This document shows positions 63,790-64,000 of a DNA stretch of 64,000 bases, in pieces (within the stretch, counting starts at the first letter, position 1; each line of letters begins with the position of its first letter). The notes below the pieces were generated by a model. That model ran no database searches. It was given only the letters and a program-made list of their open reading frames with translations, and had not been told where the DNA came from. The translations under genes and the position numbers were made by a program. Source of the DNA: Candidatus Heimdallarchaeum aukensis (GTDB taxonomy: Archaea > Asgardarchaeota > Heimdallarchaeia > Heimdallarchaeales > Heimdallarchaeaceae); NCBI GenBank assembly GCA_021513695.1, contig CP084166.1:1568001-1632000 (forward strand). Direction: 5' to 3'.

Positions 63790-64000
63790 CTAAAAGAAAT
63801 AAAATGAAAGAACACAAATAGCTATCGAAACAGATGAGATAAAGAAATCTTTTATTCTAAATCTCCTACTGATGCTATATTTTCGTTTGATGGAGGGGTT
63901 ATATCCTTTTATAACTAAAGTTTCGGCAAATAGGATACTATTATTGATAGCTCTAATAAATACTGTTTTCAACATTTTTTTTAGGATGGAAAATTGATTT
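63790..64000 (-). CDS. C-terminal part of an ECF-transporter T component (EcfT/CbiQ-like); 5' end outside the window
   Basis: The frame stays open upstream of the track Met to base 64000 (NQFSILKKMLKTVFIRAINNSILFAETLVIKGYNP...). The pattern A..NS...AE.L..KGY, followed by a final TM helix, resembles EcfT/CbiQ C-termini. Confidence 0.4.
   Translation of the reverse strand, partial: NQFSILKKMLKTVFIRAINNSILFAETLVIKGYNPSIKRKYSISRRFRIKDFFISSVSIAICVLSFYFF

Overview
This is an AT-rich archaeal chromosomal segment (roughly 30% GC by eye, not computed) with about 60 protein genes. All calls come from reading the supplied translations and the DNA by eye; no searches were run.

The gene content points to an Asgard (Lokiarchaeia-like) genome, because eukaryotic-signature genes are unusually dense:
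- **Ubiquitin/ESCRT supercluster (18.8-29.6 kb):** two ESCRT-III paralogs, Vps4, a Vps25-like protein, a PDCD5-like protein, a ubiquitin-like protein ending GG-L, an E1-like enzyme with a C-terminal beta-grasp domain, an EAP30 (Vps22/36-like) protein, a single polypeptide combining UEV, coiled coil and Vps28, and a Rab/Ras-like GTPase.
- **Actin (44868-46004):** nearly eukaryote-identical in its core motifs.
- **Others:** a Roadblock/LC7 protein, a thioredoxin + 2xV4R (TRAPP/Bet3-related) protein, and a B-box-like zinc-finger protein.

This kind of cluster is already known from the Asgard literature. What looks unusual here is the local architecture:
- A decayed TnpB insertion element sits exactly between vps4 and the Vps25-like gene.
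- There are three TnpB-only elements in total. Two are about 1.9 kb copies of one family, bounded by 21-23 bp imperfect terminal inverted repeats. Each carries a conserved, structured 3' region that is a candidate omega-RNA, and a polypurine leader.
- The A/V-ATPase subunit I is 1042 aa long and has a tandemly duplicated cytoplasmic N-terminal domain.
- A DUF1295 gene carries a 1-nt frameshift.
- A GC-rich, hairpin-dense non-coding island at 13021-13237 is a candidate unclassified ncRNA.

The rest is housekeeping: thermosome, ThrRS, ProRS, Tmk, HutH/HutI, ApgM, aminotransferases and transporters. I found no rRNA, canonical tRNA or CRISPR array.
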